Below, piece by piece: positions 53,515-63,344 of a stretch of DNA of 64,000 bases (positions within the stretch are counted from its first letter, which is position 1; each line of letters opens with the position of its first letter). The translations under genes were made by a program, and so were the position numbers. The notes beneath the pieces were generated by a model. It was not told the origin of the DNA and did not search any database. It worked only from the letters and a program-made list of their open reading frames with translations. This DNA comes from Planctomycetota bacterium (lineage in GTDB: Bacteria; Planctomycetota; UBA8108; SXIK01), in assembly GCA_965223265.1 (NCBI GenBank), contig OZ244999.1:4544001-4608000 (forward strand), given 5' to 3'.

Positions 53515-54645
53515 TCAATTCTCGTACGCTGCAGGTAGGGTCCAGTTGGTGGCTCGTCCGAGCACCTCGTGAGCGTCGACAAACCAGGCCGCGCCGCCGT
53601 GCTGAGGAGCCGAGCGGGAGTCAGATTCCGGCAGATCAGTAACCGCTGGCAGGTCCGGAAGTACCAGATAAACCCGTCGAGGCAGTCTCAGGTGCCAATC
53701 GTCACCGACAAGCTGGACTCCGGTAGCCCCCGTGTCTGGCGCGGGAGTCCCGAGGAAGAACGCTTTAACCGCATGCACCGTACGCACCGTACGGTGGCGT
53801 CGTCCCGCCCTCTCGAACGAGCGACGTTGATCGGTTCGGCTGAGGTCGAGACGCAGTCCGTTGACGGTGATTTGGCCCGAGCTCAGTGCCACAGTGTCTC
53901 TCGGTGTGGCAAGGACACGGCCCAAAGAGATGACTTTCCCCGGCGCCCTAGCGAACGCGATGACCTCACCATGGACGGGCCGAATGAATCGCGATGACAG
54001 CAGCACGACACGGTCGCCCGACTGAAAGAGGGGCTCCAGTGCACGCGAACGCACGTACGCCGTGCTGATATGCGCGCTGAGAATCCAAGCCGAAACAGCA
54101 AGGATCGCGATGACGACAATGCACCCGTAGGCGGCGATTGCCGGCATGCGAACGCCGCGAGCCAGCGGCTCGCCGCGCTGCGACCACACCGTCGCGGCGG
54201 GTCCGAGACCGGAACAAAGTAGCAGTGCGGTCAAGATCAGGAGAATCCAGGGCGCAGCGACAGTGGAGAAGGACCAAACCACATAGGCCAGAAGCGCGCC
54301 TGGCAACAAAGCCGCGAGGAAAACTCCAGACCAGAGCACTCCAGCGACAAGCCGGCCAGCGTACAGATGACCGCAGCCGGGAATCAGCGACAGAAGGAAA
54401 GCCGTCGCCGTGCTGCGAATCTGCTCGTCGCGCCGACAGTGTGGCGCTGACGCTTGACTGAGAGTCGGCGTCTCGACTCGACCGCTCGCCAAGGAGTCCG
54501 GCGCGTTGACCGCCGGCGCCGCGTCGGCTTCGCGATCTGGAAGAGGTGCCGGAAGGAGTTTCATCGTTTGAGTATACTCCAAGAGGCAAACTGGGACGAC
54601 CGCGACCGTGTCGACAGACGACGCAGCTCGCGGTTCTCCACTCAC
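53515..54645 (-). CDS. Signal peptidase I (S26)-like membrane protein with degenerate catalytic motifs
   Basis: N-terminal TMs with LSLIPGCGHLYAG; YVRSRALEPLFQSGDRVV (box B-like), GEVIAF, GRVLATPRDTV...VNG (box D-like), DSR; start uncertain. Confidence 0.7.
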   Translation of the reverse strand: MSGEPRAASSVDTVAVVPVCLLEYTQTMKLLPAPLPDREADAAPAVNAPDSLASGRVETPTLSQASAPHCRRDEQIRSTATAFLLSLIPGCGHLYAGRLVAGVLWSGVFLAALLPGALLAYVVWSFSTVAAPWILLILTALLLCSGLGPAATVWSQRGEPLARGVRMPAIAAYGCIVVIAILAVSAWILSAHISTAYVRSRALEPLFQSGDRVVLLSSRFIRPVHGEVIAFARAPGKVISLGRVLATPRDTVALSSGQITVNGLRLDLSRTDQRRSFERAGRRHRTVRTVHAVKAFFLGTPAPDTGATGVQLVGDDWHLRLPRRVYLVLPDLPAVTDLPESDSRSAPQHGGAAWFVDAHEVLGRATNWTLPAAYEN

Positions 54646-54821
54646 ACTCTCAGACGTCCAAACACGCTTTGTGTTTCACACTTTTCCAGCCCCCGGGAGC
54701 CCCAATCCGCGCCACGGCGCCCACCCGCTGCTCACCTGGCGCCGCCTCGCCCGAGCCAAGCCGCGGTGGGCCTCCCCGCGTCGCGGCGCGCTTGAAGCGG
54801 CGCGGTTCGAAGCGGCGCGCC

Positions 54822-56024
54822 TCACTTCTGGAGCAGGAGGTTCACGCCCTTTTTGTTTGCCAGGACGATATCGAGGCGGCCATCTCCGTTCATATCGCGG
54901 ACGGCGAACTGCGTGCCGATTCCGGTGCCGCGGCCAGCGACGATCTCGTGCGACGTGAACTTGGGCGCCACGCCACGCTGGCGTTTGATATCAATCCAGT
55001 ACACGACGACGGTGTCTTTGCCGCCTGGATCGCGACCGTTGTGCGCGAAAAACCTCTTGCCCGTGATGAGCTCGCTTTCGCCGTCCCCGTCGATGTCGGC
55101 AAACGCCAGGGCGTGCGTCTGCGAAAACGATTCGTCGATGAGGTGATACTTAAACTTGGTGTGGTCGTCACTTCCAAGGTTTTCGAACCACCAGACGCCG
55201 AAGTCGTGAGCCGAGCTCATCATGATGTCAGGGTCGCCGTCGAGATCGAGATCTTGAACAAAAAGGTTCGCCGCCCGCAGAGGCTTCGTGTCTTTGCTCT
55301 TCGACAGCGAATAGCTGTGAAACTTCCAGTGCGATGCCGTCGGTTTCTCAGGCGCCTCGTACCACCCGTGTGGGATCAGAATGTCGACTCGTCCATCCCC
55401 GTTGAGGTCGGCGTGGCCGAGACCGTGGTAGAACCTGCCGGAACCGTTGGTGTTGGAATCTCCCGCCTCTGAGAGCGCGTGGTACGCCCACTTCTCACGG
55501 GCTTTGTCAGGAGACGGGACAGAGAGGAACCCGAGTGTTTTGTCGGCGCCGAGAATCAATTCAGGTTTACCGTCACCCGTCACATCGCCAAAATTCGGCG
55601 ATTCGTTGCACGCGGAGTGATGGATCACGTGCTTCTTCCAGTGTTTCTTCGCGTCACGCGGATTCTCAAACCAGTGGCATGCTTCGCCCGGAAAGCCAAC
55701 GACGATCAGGTCGTCGACACCGTCACCGCTCACATCGTAGGCAAAGTTTCCGAAGCTCTGGCTATACCCCTTGTCGAAGCTGTACTTGCCGGGCGGCTGA
55801 ATCTCGTGCATCTTCCAGTGCGGTGCTTCGTACCAGACTTCACCACAAAGGATGTCAGGCTTGCCGTCGCCATTGACGTCTGCCGCGGCCGCACCCTCTG
55901 AGCGAAAGACGCTATCGAGCTGGACGCGTTCCCAACCAAGGTCCTCGGCGGCATGCGTCGAGAGTGGCAAAATCGTGGTGAGCGCGAGTGCGCCGAGACC
56001 GCAGGTGAGCGCTGAGCGGGTCAT
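54822..56024 (-). CDS. Secreted FG-GAP/VCBS-repeat beta-propeller protein
   Basis: Signal peptide; repeated DxxGDGxxDI motifs (DVNGDGKPDI, DVSGDG, DVTGDG, DLNGDG, DLDLDG, DIDGDG, DMNGDG). Confidence 0.88.
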   Translation of the reverse strand: MTRSALTCGLGALALTTILPLSTHAAEDLGWERVQLDSVFRSEGAAAADVNGDGKPDILCGEVWYEAPHWKMHEIQPPGKYSFDKGYSQSFGNFAYDVSGDGVDDLIVVGFPGEACHWFENPRDAKKHWKKHVIHHSACNESPNFGDVTGDGKPELILGADKTLGFLSVPSPDKAREKWAYHALSEAGDSNTNGSGRFYHGLGHADLNGDGRVDILIPHGWYEAPEKPTASHWKFHSYSLSKSKDTKPLRAANLFVQDLDLDGDPDIMMSSAHDFGVWWFENLGSDDHTKFKYHLIDESFSQTHALAFADIDGDGESELITGKRFFAHNGRDPGGKDTVVVYWIDIKRQRGVAPKFTSHEIVAGRGTGIGTQFAVRDMNGDGRLDIVLANKKGVNLLLQK

Positions 56025-56540
56025 GTTGTCTCCTTCTTCGAGGCGTCGTTTGGAGAGTCAGGATGACGGCTGAAAGCTAGCGACGCAAGGTGAATCGGAG
56101 TTCGCGAAGCAGCAGCGCCGTCGACTCCGGGAGTGCGGCTCCCTGACCGCCCCCAGCACCTGCAGAAAGTGGCGAGCAAAGAACGGCGGAGCGTGCGCCA
56201 GTTGCGGAGTGTCGAGACGCGGCGGCACCCGCGGGGTACTTCACCGTACGTGAGCATTGCCCTCAGTCCATGGCAGATCGCTGGCGGCCGGTAACGCTAC
56301 ACGCCAAAATCGCGCATTTCGACCATTCTGGGCGATGGATTTTGGTGAGAAATTCAATAGAATCCTCGCGCGTGCCTTCTGCGGAATGGATGAGGGCACC
56401 GGACATGGGGACAACGAATCAACAGCCCGTTGAACAAGTGCTTCGAGCTGAAAGCTAGGCGCGACGAGGCCAGTTTCTCGGCGCGTGACGTTCTAGGCGG
56501 GCTGCACAGTCAGCAACGGACAACGCGAAAGGAACACGCT

Positions 56541-57866
56541 ATGACTCGAGCGTGCGCGAGGGGTGTGCTTTGGTTGGCGATGGCCGTAGTTTTTTTCGCG
56601 CCGGGCGTCGTGCACGCCGCGGACGGCATCGATTCCGGGGACACATCCTGGATTCTCGTGTCGACGGCCTTCGTGCTGTTCATGAACATTCCCGGACTCG
56701 CGCTCTTCTACGGTGGGCTCGTTCGCAGTAAAAATGTCCTCTCCATCCTCATGCAGTGTCTCGCGCTCACAGCGGTGATCACTCTGGTGTGGCTCGTCTG
56801 CGGGTACAGCCTGGCGTTCGACACGACGGGAATGGAGGAAGGCAAAGTCGGGCTGCGCTCTTTCATCGGTAGTTTCGGTCGCGTCTTTCTCTCCGGAGTC
56901 TCTGCCGAAACGCAGTGGGGGTCGACCGGCATCCCCGAAGTCCTCTTCTTCGCGTTTCAGATGACGTTCGCGATCATCACTCCGGCGCTCATCATCGGCG
57001 CTTTCGCCGAGCGCATTAAGTTCTCGGCCATGATGATTTTCTCGATCGTGTGGATCCTCGTCGTCTACGCGCCGATCGCGCACATGACTTGGGGCGGAGC
57101 CGGCGGCTGGTTCGCCGACATGGGCGTGATGGACTTTGCCGGCGGCATCGTCGTTCACATCACGGCCGGCGTCGCGGCTCTCGTCGCAGCGATCATGGTG
57201 GGCAAGCGGCGCGGCTATCCCGACGAACCGATGCCTCCACACAACCTGACGATGACCTTCGCCGGCACCGCCATGCTCTGGGTCGGCTGGTTCGGATTCA
57301 ACGCCGGAAGCCAGCTGGCGGCAGACGGCGGCGCGGCGATGACGCTCGCGGTCACCCACATTTCGGCGGCGACCGCAACGACCGCGTGGATGGTGATCGA
57401 GTGGATCAAGAATGGCAAGCCGAGCGTCCTCGGCCCAGCGACCGGAGCGATCGCTGGACTCGCGGCCGTGACGCCGGCGTCGGGCTTCATCGGCCCACTT
57501 GGCGGCTTCACGATCGGGCTCGTCTCGGGCTGCGTTTGCTACTGGGCAGCGACGAGCCTCAAGAGACGGCTCGGGTACGACGACTCCCTGGACGTCTTCG
57601 GCGTGCACGGCGTCGGCGGACTGATCGGTACGATCCTCGTCGGCGTCTTCGCTTCGGACAGCCTCGGAGGCAATCAGGAGGGGCTCGAGATCGGCAAGGC
57701 CGTCGGCACGCAGGCATTCGCCGCTGGCGTGACGATCGTCTACACGGTCGTGGCTTCGTTCGTGATCCTCAAGGTCGTCGACGTCGTGATCGGTTTGCGA
57801 ATCGAGGAAGACTCTGAGCTCCAGGGACTCGACGTGTCGTCGCACGGGGAGTCTGGTTACAACTAA
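56541..57866 (+). CDS. amtB: Ammonium transporter (Amt family)
   Basis: PGLALFYGGLVRSKN, FQMTFAIITPAL, DFAGGIVVH, WVGWFGFNAGS, YDDSLDVFGVHG; start moved to ATG 56541. Confidence 0.96.
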   Translation: MTRACARGVLWLAMAVVFFAPGVVHAADGIDSGDTSWILVSTAFVLFMNIPGLALFYGGLVRSKNVLSILMQCLALTAVITLVWLVCGYSLAFDTTGMEEGKVGLRSFIGSFGRVFLSGVSAETQWGSTGIPEVLFFAFQMTFAIITPALIIGAFAERIKFSAMMIFSIVWILVVYAPIAHMTWGGAGGWFADMGVMDFAGGIVVHITAGVAALVAAIMVGKRRGYPDEPMPPHNLTMTFAGTAMLWVGWFGFNAGSQLAADGGAAMTLAVTHISAATATTAWMVIEWIKNGKPSVLGPATGAIAGLAAVTPASGFIGPLGGFTIGLVSGCVCYWAATSLKRRLGYDDSLDVFGVHGVGGLIGTILVGVFASDSLGGNQEGLEIGKAVGTQAFAAGVTIVYTVVASFVILKVVDVVIGLRIEEDSELQGLDVSSHGESGYN

Positions 57867-57897
57867 GCCAGCTTGAGTCTGGCCATTCGGTGCACGT

Positions 57898-58028
57898 AAG
57901 TAGCACGCACATGCCTCGTGTGCCGGCGCCGGAAGAATCCGGACTGCACACAAGAGTGTGCCTGCTGCGATCAAGACGTCGCCAACACGATCTTCAAAGT
58001 AGCAGGCACACGCCGTGTGCCGTTCCGG
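57898..58028. repeat. Cluster of three GTAG-family hairpin repeats (+, -, +)
   Basis: AAGTAGCACGCACATGCCTCGTGTGCCGG (57898-57926); inverted GCAGCAGGCACACTCTTGTGTGCAGTCC (57941-57968); TCTTCAAAGTAGCAGGCACACGCCGTGTGCCGTTCCGG (57991-58028). Confidence 0.85.
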
Positions 58029-58156
58029 AGGTAAGCGCGAGTTGCGACGGCAGTTCTTAGAACTTCACAGTCTCTCCTGTGTGCCGCCCGGGCGTGACCG
58101 TGAGATGTGACGGCACGTTCAAAAAAAGTCGGGTGCCGTAGCTCTGGTCCCAGACT

Positions 58157-59173
58157 ATGGCACACCCAAGCCGCCTGCTTGCGACCCGCAGAACGATCGC
58201 AGTCGAACGACGAGTTGTGCGCCCCATGGCTCCAAGAAGACTCCTGCCAAGAATCGTCACGCTGTCGACACTGGTTCTCGCACTACTTCTCGGAGCGGCG
58301 ACGTGGTCGTCGTGGGATCACATTCGGTTCGTGTGGCTCTTCGAGTCGCTCGGCATGAACGCGCAAGGCTATTTCGAGTATCGCCACCGCCGGAGCGGAA
58401 TCGTGATGGTGCGACTTCCGGGTGGGGCCTTCTGGATGGGTGAGCAACTGGATGACCCGTTGGGCCAGAACTATGACCCGAAGACCGACCTCACCGGTTC
58501 TGACATGCACGTCCACCAAGTCATCCTGAGTCCCTTTTTGATCGGTAAATACGAAGTAACTCAAGCGCAGTGGCAGGCGATGATCGGTACGAACCCATCG
58601 TACTTTCAAGGCAGGTATGCCCCCGCTGGCGTTGGCTCCGAGACATTGCCGGTCGACAGTGTCTATCGTGACGAGCTCACAGCCTCCCAGGGATTCCTGG
58701 AGCAAACGGGTCTCAAGTTACCCACCGAAGCGCAGTGGGAGTATGCGTGTCGCGGCGGCAAGACGAGACCCGTTCCGGGTCCGGGCGAGCTCGACGAGAC
58801 GGCGTGGTACGACGCCAGCGGCAAAGGGGCGACGGCGGGTTCGATCGCCTTCCCACCAAACTCGCCGCCGCCACCGAAAGCCAAGACACACCCGGTTGGC
58901 GGCAAGAAACCGAATGGCTTTGGCCTCCACGACATGCTCGGAAACGTCGAAGAGTGGTGCGCAGATTCCTTCAATGCCGCGTTTTATGTGGAGTCTGAGG
59001 GAATGCGAGATCCTCTCGCGCAAGGCCCCACCGGGGCCGATGGGATCTTTCGCGGCGGCAGCTGGGGGGACAGCGCCGAGGCTTGTCGCTGCGCTCGCCG
59101 CAATGGCTGGCGCACTGACGAGAGCCGAGTGTCGACGTTCGGGTTTCGCGTCGCTTTTTATCCCGTGCCGTAG
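58157..59173 (+). CDS. Membrane-anchored FGE-sulfatase (SUMF1) domain protein
   Basis: MVRLPGGAFWMG, IGKYEVTQAQW, LPTEAQWEYACRGG, PNGFGLHDMLGNVEEWC, RGGSW, GFRVA. Confidence 0.92.
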   Translation: MAHPSRLLATRRTIAVERRVVRPMAPRRLLPRIVTLSTLVLALLLGAATWSSWDHIRFVWLFESLGMNAQGYFEYRHRRSGIVMVRLPGGAFWMGEQLDDPLGQNYDPKTDLTGSDMHVHQVILSPFLIGKYEVTQAQWQAMIGTNPSYFQGRYAPAGVGSETLPVDSVYRDELTASQGFLEQTGLKLPTEAQWEYACRGGKTRPVPGPGELDETAWYDASGKGATAGSIAFPPNSPPPPKAKTHPVGGKKPNGFGLHDMLGNVEEWCADSFNAAFYVESEGMRDPLAQGPTGADGIFRGGSWGDSAEACRCARRNGWRTDESRVSTFGFRVAFYPVP

Positions 59174-59207
59174 GGGCCACTCAGACTCCTGACGGATCGA
59201 GTTTCTT

Positions 59208-61358
59208 CTACGAACGAGACTCCAGGACATCGAGAAGAAAACGCTCAGCTTCGTCTCCACCGCTCCGTCCAATCGCCCTGAGCAGAAGAATTCGTGCGTG
59301 GAGGACGTCGGATTTCCTGATCATCCCGATCTCGTCACAATCTCTGTATGCGGCGACCAACCGCGGCACCAACTCCGGACAACGCGTCCGCGAGAACGTC
59401 GAGATCAAGCCGATGAATGGCCAGACCTCGGCAAGCGGAATCTGTCGGATGCGACCGATGATCCGTCCTCGAATCTCCTCGTCCTCCACGTAATTGAGAA
59501 GGCCGACAAGGCTCTCACGAACCGCAGCAAGATCAGCATCATTCGCCATGCCGGCTTCCAACACCGCTTCGACGCCTGAGAGATCGCCGCGTTCGCTGAG
59601 CAGTACGGCGGTGCGCCAATCGCTGGGACGACGACAAAGTCGCCGAAGCGTCGCCGCGCACTCATCGCTCTCGATCAAAGAAAGAATGTCGCGCATGTGG
59701 TGAGGCATGTAGGGGTAGATCTTCTCGGCGAACTCAAGGGCTTCAGGCACGTCAAATGCTACCAGAGCGCGCATGATAGGGTACATTCGGGCGTTCGGTT
59801 GGTCGGACGGCGTGGACTGCTCACTTAAGTAGTTCGCGATCTGCCCCTTGAGCTCCGGAATCGTCTCTCTGGCATCCAGTTGGACCAGGTAATGCGCCTC
59901 GACGCAGGCTGGCTTCTTGGTCGCGGACGGCTTGGACACACCACCGTAGGCAGCGAGAGGATCGCGCAGGACCTGAAGATAACCCAGAAGAGCTCCCGGT
60001 GTTCGCAGATCGTTGCCTCCTCGTCCTCCCAAAGAACGACGCATCCGACCTGACAACAAAGACTCCAAGATCAATGGGATCGCGCGGCGGTCCTTCAATG
60101 CCATGAGGCACGGCAGAAGTGGGTAGAGACCGTCGCTAGGTTCTGTGGTCTTCAGCCAGTTCTGTTGGCGCGCTTCGATTAAGGGTTCAACGAACGTAGG
60201 AGAAGGCGCCATCGTCACGGCGCGTGCAATCGGAGACGCGCCAGGCTTGCCGATGCGTGCGGCGATGAACGGAGTGACGCGTGGGTCGCCGGACTGCGCT
60301 AAAAGCATGATGAGGACGTCCCGCTGACGCTCGGACGCTGTTGTCTTTCGGAGCTCATCGAGGAGTGTGTCCGCGAACTCTTCTTTGATGTGCGGTAGCC
60401 AGTCAATGGTCAATTCGTAGGCCTGGCGATCATCAAGTCTCAGCATCCCATCGAGGGCGGTTCTGAAGGCTTGCTGGTCCCCCGAGGCAACCAGCGCCTG
60501 GAAGAACGGCTTCGTCGCCATCTGATCTCGCCAAGCTGATTCCTTCCGGCACTCTCGCAGAATCGCCAACTCCGACCGAGTTGGTGACATCAGCAAGAAC
60601 CGGAACGCGACGTCAGCGAGCCCCCGCGATGTCTTGCGGAGCTGCGGTTCCCACACGAAAGGACGACCGCCAAGCGTCTCCAAATAGGAACGGCCATAGG
60701 AAGTCATCCCGCCGCAATACAGTTTCAGGGCGAGCTCGCCGGCGAACTTCCGATTTTCTGCGTTGACGGTCTCATCGAGAAACGTACGCCCGAGTTTCTC
60801 GCTCGCCACTCCGCTCTCGACGTATCGTTGATAGACTTCTCTGATGACGCCGAAGCGATCAAGGAAGACCATGAAGCGTTCTCCGTCCGTCGTTTCGGGA
60901 TGTTGCTGACGAATCTCTTCAAGAACGCCCTTCTCCCAGTCGACGCCGAGGTGATCCATCGCCGCAGCGTAGGCGTCTCCCAGCTTGATCGGTGTCACCA
61001 GGTTGGTTGGCGCCTTCGGTCGTCGCACGAACGGCTCATGAAGGTCCTTGAGTTCGCCGGCGAGGACTCGAGCGGCACGCTCGTCGTTCGTGCGCCCAAG
61101 AGCGAGCGCAAGGAAATACCGTTGGTAGTCATCAGCAGCTGCAAACGCGGCAGCGAGGCGGGAGTAGCTCGAGTCGGTCGCGCAAAGTGACAACCCTTCG
61201 GCAGCGACGCGTGGAAGGTCTTCAGGCTCGTACTGCAGCCGTCTCAGCTCTCCGGCGACCGGAGAACTGAGACAGTAGAAGACGACCGTCGCGACGATGG
61301 TCACTTTGGGCCGCGGGGCTCGCGACAGCACTTGTCTATCCCAGATGAGGCTTCGCAC
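59208..61358 (-). CDS. Large hypothetical protein, probably with HEAT/ARM-like helical repeats
   Basis: 716 aa; ALALGRTNDERAARVL, LLAQSGDPRVTPFI, LMALKDRRAIPLI, LLRAIGRSGGDEA HEAT-like segments; possible N-terminal signal. Confidence 0.65.
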   Translation of the reverse strand: MRSLIWDRQVLSRAPRPKVTIVATVVFYCLSSPVAGELRRLQYEPEDLPRVAAEGLSLCATDSSYSRLAAAFAAADDYQRYFLALALGRTNDERAARVLAGELKDLHEPFVRRPKAPTNLVTPIKLGDAYAAAMDHLGVDWEKGVLEEIRQQHPETTDGERFMVFLDRFGVIREVYQRYVESGVASEKLGRTFLDETVNAENRKFAGELALKLYCGGMTSYGRSYLETLGGRPFVWEPQLRKTSRGLADVAFRFLLMSPTRSELAILRECRKESAWRDQMATKPFFQALVASGDQQAFRTALDGMLRLDDRQAYELTIDWLPHIKEEFADTLLDELRKTTASERQRDVLIMLLAQSGDPRVTPFIAARIGKPGASPIARAVTMAPSPTFVEPLIEARQQNWLKTTEPSDGLYPLLPCLMALKDRRAIPLILESLLSGRMRRSLGGRGGNDLRTPGALLGYLQVLRDPLAAYGGVSKPSATKKPACVEAHYLVQLDARETIPELKGQIANYLSEQSTPSDQPNARMYPIMRALVAFDVPEALEFAEKIYPYMPHHMRDILSLIESDECAATLRRLCRRPSDWRTAVLLSERGDLSGVEAVLEAGMANDADLAAVRESLVGLLNYVEDEEIRGRIIGRIRQIPLAEVWPFIGLISTFSRTRCPELVPRLVAAYRDCDEIGMIRKSDVLHARILLLRAIGRSGGDEAERFLLDVLESRS

Positions 61359-61662
61359 GTCAGTGATCGTCTGGTGAACGGTTCTTTTCGATCGCCCGGT
61401 CTCTATCGCTCGGCGCGGATGAGCGTACGTTCCTGGTCTTCGTCGTCCGGCATGCTGACGTCGGCAGCGGACGATTCGCCCCTCTCAGCATCCCCGGATC
61501 GTTCGCATCCAGGGCCTGGACCACTAATGACTTGCCCACGATGGCTCGGGCCTCCTGCACGGCCGACTTCATGTGTGTCCGCAGTGCCTCGACGATACAT
61601 CCAGGTACAACACGGTTCCAGACAGCTCCAAACGAGCGGCTGCTTGTAAGTCGTTGCAGGAC

Positions 61663-61701
61663 AAAAAACAAACGCCCGAAAGCGCTAAACTTTCAGGCGT
61701 T
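61663..61701 (-). terminator. Terminator downstream of tRNA-Gly(CCC)
   Basis: AACGCCCGAAAG / CTTTCAGGCGTT stem with an A-run on the left. Confidence 0.75.
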
Positions 61702-61706
61702 ATAAA

Positions 61707-61781
<75 letters not shown>

Positions 61782-61965
61782 ACATGTTTCGTGTTAGGAG
61801 TCTACCATTCGCATCCTGGGCTCCGCAAGAGGCTGCGCGGAAAGGGGTTTCGGTGCCGAAGGGGGCGGAATCGGCTCAGTTCTGTACGGGTTGCCGGGTC
61901 ATCGTTCCGATGGTTTTCTTGAGGAGACGAAACGACCCGCTAACGACCCGTTCCGAAAAACCGAT

Positions 61966-63207
61966 ATGCCAGCGCACGAACACGTTCCATTCGAGCACCT
62001 TGTCCGGCGCAAGCTGTACAAAGAGAAGAACGGTCGCTGGTACTGTCGCGTGTTCGATACACGGACCAAGAGACTGCACAAGGTGTGCACCCGGCAGACC
62101 GTCAAGCGGCTCGCAGACAAGGCGGTCGATGACTGGATCAAGGCGAAGCTGCGTGAAGACTCGGACGGGATCTCGCACTTCCGAAGATTCGACGAGGCTT
62201 ACGAAGAGTACCTGCGCACTCGCCAGATCAGTGCGTCCACTCGAATCGAGTACAAATCCTGCTATCGCCAGTTCCTGCCGCATTTCGGCGAAAAGTACGT
62301 TCACGAAATCACGTTTGCGGACGTGGAGCACTTCCTCAAGGAATCAGAACTCAAAAGACGTTCTCGCCGGACCCGGCAGAAACACCTCGCCTATCTTCGT
62401 GCGTTCTTCCGCTGGGCGATCCATCGCCAACTGGCGCGTAAGAACCCTACAGACGGTCAGAGCGTCCCTAATGCCACGCGGCGAGTCGGGGTCGCCCTCA
62501 CACGCGAGGAAGCCGAACGACTTGTCAGAGCGTGCGAAAGGAGGTTCAAGAAGGATCTCCAGAACGGAAGGGGTAAATGGGAGCAGGAGTACGTCCCGCC
62601 CCGATACCTGCTTCTCGCGGTCCTAATCTCCCTCCACACAGGACTCCGACGCGGAAACGTGCTCGGGCTCAAGTGGAAGCACGTCGATCTTGACCGACGA
62701 AGCATTCGTCTACCGGCGGCGATGCTGAAGACCGACGTGGACCACGAGATTCCGCTCCACGACGAGCTGTACCACCTGTTCTACGGGCGTGAAGGTGACC
62801 CGGACGATCCGGTCGTGGGAAAGAAGCTGAAGAGCATCACCAAGAGTTTCAAAGCGGCGGTCAAGCGAGCGGGGGTACGGGACCTTCGGTGGCATGACCT
62901 TCGCCACACGTTCTCGACGTGGATCGCCGGTGTGACTTCGCTGGCGGTCCAGCAGAGGCTCTTGAGCCATTCACCCGGCAAGAACATGTCGCTGAGGTAC
63001 ACACACGTCCCGTTCGAGAAACTGAAGAAAGCCATCGATGCGCTGCCGAATCTTCATCGCGAGAACTACACGTTTCTTCCCGGCAGTCGAACGTACACGG
63101 GAGATGCGACGTTCTCCGATCCGGTGGAAGCCGAGCCTGGCGAGATGTACCGTGAGGACTACGAAGAAGTTCACTACGGAATCAGAGACCACGATCCGAA
63201 CGGATAG
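61966..63207 (+). CDS. Tyrosine recombinase / phage integrase
   Basis: Complete catalytic set: TGLRRG (R), LKT (K), WHDLRHT (HxxR), LSHS (H), RYTH (Y); N-terminal arm-binding-like WYCR segment; start MPAHEH (frame open to 61891). Confidence 0.93.
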   Translation: MPAHEHVPFEHLVRRKLYKEKNGRWYCRVFDTRTKRLHKVCTRQTVKRLADKAVDDWIKAKLREDSDGISHFRRFDEAYEEYLRTRQISASTRIEYKSCYRQFLPHFGEKYVHEITFADVEHFLKESELKRRSRRTRQKHLAYLRAFFRWAIHRQLARKNPTDGQSVPNATRRVGVALTREEAERLVRACERRFKKDLQNGRGKWEQEYVPPRYLLLAVLISLHTGLRRGNVLGLKWKHVDLDRRSIRLPAAMLKTDVDHEIPLHDELYHLFYGREGDPDDPVVGKKLKSITKSFKAAVKRAGVRDLRWHDLRHTFSTWIAGVTSLAVQQRLLSHSPGKNMSLRYTHVPFEKLKKAIDALPNLHRENYTFLPGSRTYTGDATFSDPVEAEPGEMYREDYEEVHYGIRDHDPNG

Positions 63208-63344
63208 GTCGAGTAGTAGATGGACACACTCTTCCTCTTGGTTGCGTGTTCCCTTCTCGGCAAGCGCCGATCTCGCAATTCGTCCGAGAGATCGAGAACC
63301 GCCTTTTGCCTCTTGGTAATCTCCTTCTTCGTAATCTTTGTTGA

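Noticed and set aside
56271-56285. Sigma54-like TGGCAG-N5-TGGC upstream of amtB
   Set aside because: Two mismatches to TGGCAC-N5-TTGC, 270 bp from the start, and no clear NtrC site; not supportable.
61360-61671. Short ORFs between the helical-repeat gene and tRNA-Gly
   Set aside because: The longest starts inside the tRNA terminator; none has a clear RBS or motif.
63170-63344. LexA-like ITKRQKAVLD segment on the - strand, in frame after the TGA at 63345
   Set aside because: No start codon, no continuation of a winged HTH, and it overlaps the integrase 3' end; probably chance or an unrecognisable remnant.
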